Below, piece after piece: positions 61,640-64,000 of a stretch of DNA of 64,000 nucleotides. The notes below the pieces were generated by a model that was given only the letters and a program-made list of their open reading frames with translations, was not told where the DNA came from and did not search any database. Source of the DNA: Selaginella moellendorffii (Eukaryota; Plantae; Lycopodiophyta). Made by a program: the position numbers and the translations under genes. Within the stretch, counting starts at the first letter, position 1. Each line of letters begins with the position of its first letter. The stretch spans positions 214,540 to 278,539 of the forward strand of contig NW_003314411.1 in the NCBI RefSeq assembly GCF_000143415.4. The letters run 5' to 3'.

Positions 61640-64000
61640 GATTGAATCTAGTCCATCCATCCTAGTGCATTTGCTGTTATGAATGCTGCCAATGAAGGGA
61701 TATATATTGGCTATGTAGTCATGCAATATGCCACCACTTATGCATATGGATCCTATAGAATCATAATCATCCTATTTCTATGATTGGAATCTTTGTAAAT
61801 GCATCTATGTTTGAATGATATACTCCTTTTTTATAAAAGATATCGAAGGAGTATTGGTGTAACTTCATAGCCCATTATGCTAGCTGCCTAGTGATTTCAT
61901 GGTCTTTTAGCAACCACTTCAGTGCCAAATGATTTGTCTCAATTGTAAAATAATGTCTATAGAGGTAATAGCAAAATTGCTTGTAGATTGGCTAAACTAT
62001 TGCAAAGCATTCCCCTTTAGTGGGAGCATAGTTCTCATAATGAAAGTTCAACTTCTTGCTTGCATAGTGTAAAATATGCTTTATTAGAGCCTCTTAGATT
62101 AAAAATTCCTCAAATAGCCAATTTGAAAGAATCACAACAATAACTCTCAATTGCCAATCTGTCTAGACTACAAATAGCAATGTTGAGTTAGACCAAGCAC
62201 TAAAGCTATCATAAGCCTCAACTTTAGATCTTCAAAGGCAATATCACACTCTGTCTAAATGTAAAGTTGTCCCTTTTTCAAGAGAGTTACTAATGGTTTT
62301 GCCACTATAGCAAAGTAAGGTATCCATCTTTTGTAGTATTTGACAATTTGGATGAAACTCTTTAGTGTTGTCAAGTTGAAAGGCCTTTGAATATTTGAAA
62401 TAGCCTTCGTTTTCTTGAGATTCAACATAATCCTCTTGCTAGTGACCTAGTACCCTAGGTTACTCCACCTCACTAGTGAAGAATAAACACTTCTTCACCT
62501 TGGATCTTAGCTTGTTGGCCCCAAGCACTTGCAACATAAGATCCACATACTGTATGTGCTCTATAGTATTTGGATTTTATTGAAGTATGGCTATACATGT
62601 TCACTATGAGGACTTAGAACTTAATTCAACTGAAAAGTTGCCAATACAATAAACCAAAAAGCATCCAAAAGAACTAAAAGAGACCCCTTTGTATGACAAA
62701 TGCGGTCTTTTCTTGATTGTCCAGTGTGAGACCAACTTTCTAGTAGGCTGAGCCAAGATCAATAATGGAGAAGACTTGTGACTACCCCACTCAATCTAGC
62801 ATTGTGTCAATTTGAGGTATAGGATGTGCATCTTTTGTCATGACATTGTTTAATGGCTTGCAATTTATATACATCCAGAAACTTCCATCCTACTTAGGTG
62901 CAAGCACTATAGGAAACATCATGGACACAACATAGAGTCCAAACTATTGTTGATCGCTTTAGTCTCCACCTCAAAGTATTGATATGTCTATTTCTTTATC
63001 AAAGTACCATCTATAATCTCAATCTAATACTTAACCAAGGAAGTAACATTCAACTCCCATCCTATCTATTGGAATATTAACTTATGCCAAGAAATCATTT
63101 CCTATGCACTTTCCATCAAACTGGCATTTCTTAGAGCTAGATCCTTGAATTTCACATTCATTGGGAATCTTAACATCTCATCCTTTTCAATGGTCGGCTT
63201 GGCATCTTTTTCAAAGATTTCTTGCTTCTTTTTAGCCATCTATGTTATAGTATAAGTTTGGTGCTTTTCTTTTTCAATATCCACTTTGTGCAGGTAGCAA
63301 ATTATCTCTAACATTGATGTTTACTTTGCATATGCCCTTGGGCTTTTAACATCCTCATTATTAGAACTTTCTAGTTGACTCAATAGTGAAGACTGCAATC
63401 TTCATCCCAATGATCATTATGTCCACTCCTTCAACCAAATTTCAAAGGACCCTTACGATTCCATCCACTTCCACTTAGAAGAACCTTTTGTTGTGGAATT
63501 GTGAAGTTACTTCATCCTTAACCTCCTTTGCCAAATACTGGCTGAAATATAGGCCTTTTTCCTTTGTGAGGCTCTTTAGACCTATGGAAGAAGGCAAAAT
63601 CATCACATGATGGCTCCTCTTGATTCATTATAAATCTCTAATTTTAGAATTTCTCATTATCAAAGAATCCAACACTACAACCACCCTTTACAGTTGTTTG
63701 AGGCTTTTTTAGCATCTCTTAGAAACCTAAAGAGGTCCTTGGCATTTCCCTAAGACTTTTTGGCAACTTAGTTACTGTACCCTGTGTGGCTGTAGCTATT
63801 GACATTATTATAGGTACACTAGAATCTGGATAGATTCCTCTTATAGCCTCTTCTTTGGCCTGTTCTTCCTCATTAATATCTACCTAGATGCATTATTTAA
63901 ATTTCCTTCAAGAATTGTGTTTTGGCCCTTTAGAAGTTGAGCTCCCTCTCCACTATGCAATAGGATACTCCTTGAGAATCTTAGAGATCCTCTTGCTATT
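61640..64000 (-). mobile_element. Highly decayed Gypsy pol
   Basis: RT remnant HPIPQID.MLD...VFSIIDLGSAY...QEKTAF near 62700-62830. Confidence 0.65.

Overview
Eukaryotic land-plant DNA. The 50-100 nt GT-AG introns, tight gene packing and TE repertoire are most consistent with a lycophyte such as Selaginella; this is an inference. A four-gene block occurs twice in direct orientation: DUF21/CBS protein (+), clavaminate-synthase-like 2OG/Fe dioxygenase (-), HESO1/Cid1-type terminal nucleotidyltransferase (+) and an intronless Uma2-like PD-(D/E)xK endonuclease (-). Copy 1 (1-4981) looks intact. In copy 2 (about 29550-31035 plus 53286-57627) three genes are pseudogenes and only the nuclease ORF is open. 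Copy 2 is split by a 22.25 kb Copia element (155 bp LTRs, AATTC TSD). Nested inside the Copia are a Penelope-like RT fragment, a Merlin/IS1016-ISXO2 DNA transposon with an intact intron-containing DDE transposase, a deleted hAT, stacked large-LTR elements and a TRIM. The rest is decayed TE sequence, including a chromovirus-type Gypsy with a Tf1-like self-priming structure, an L1 3' fragment with a 16 bp TSD, tRNA-Ala-primed Gypsy elements and several 5S-rRNA-bearing (Cassandra-like) short LTRs. All alignments and counts were done by eye.
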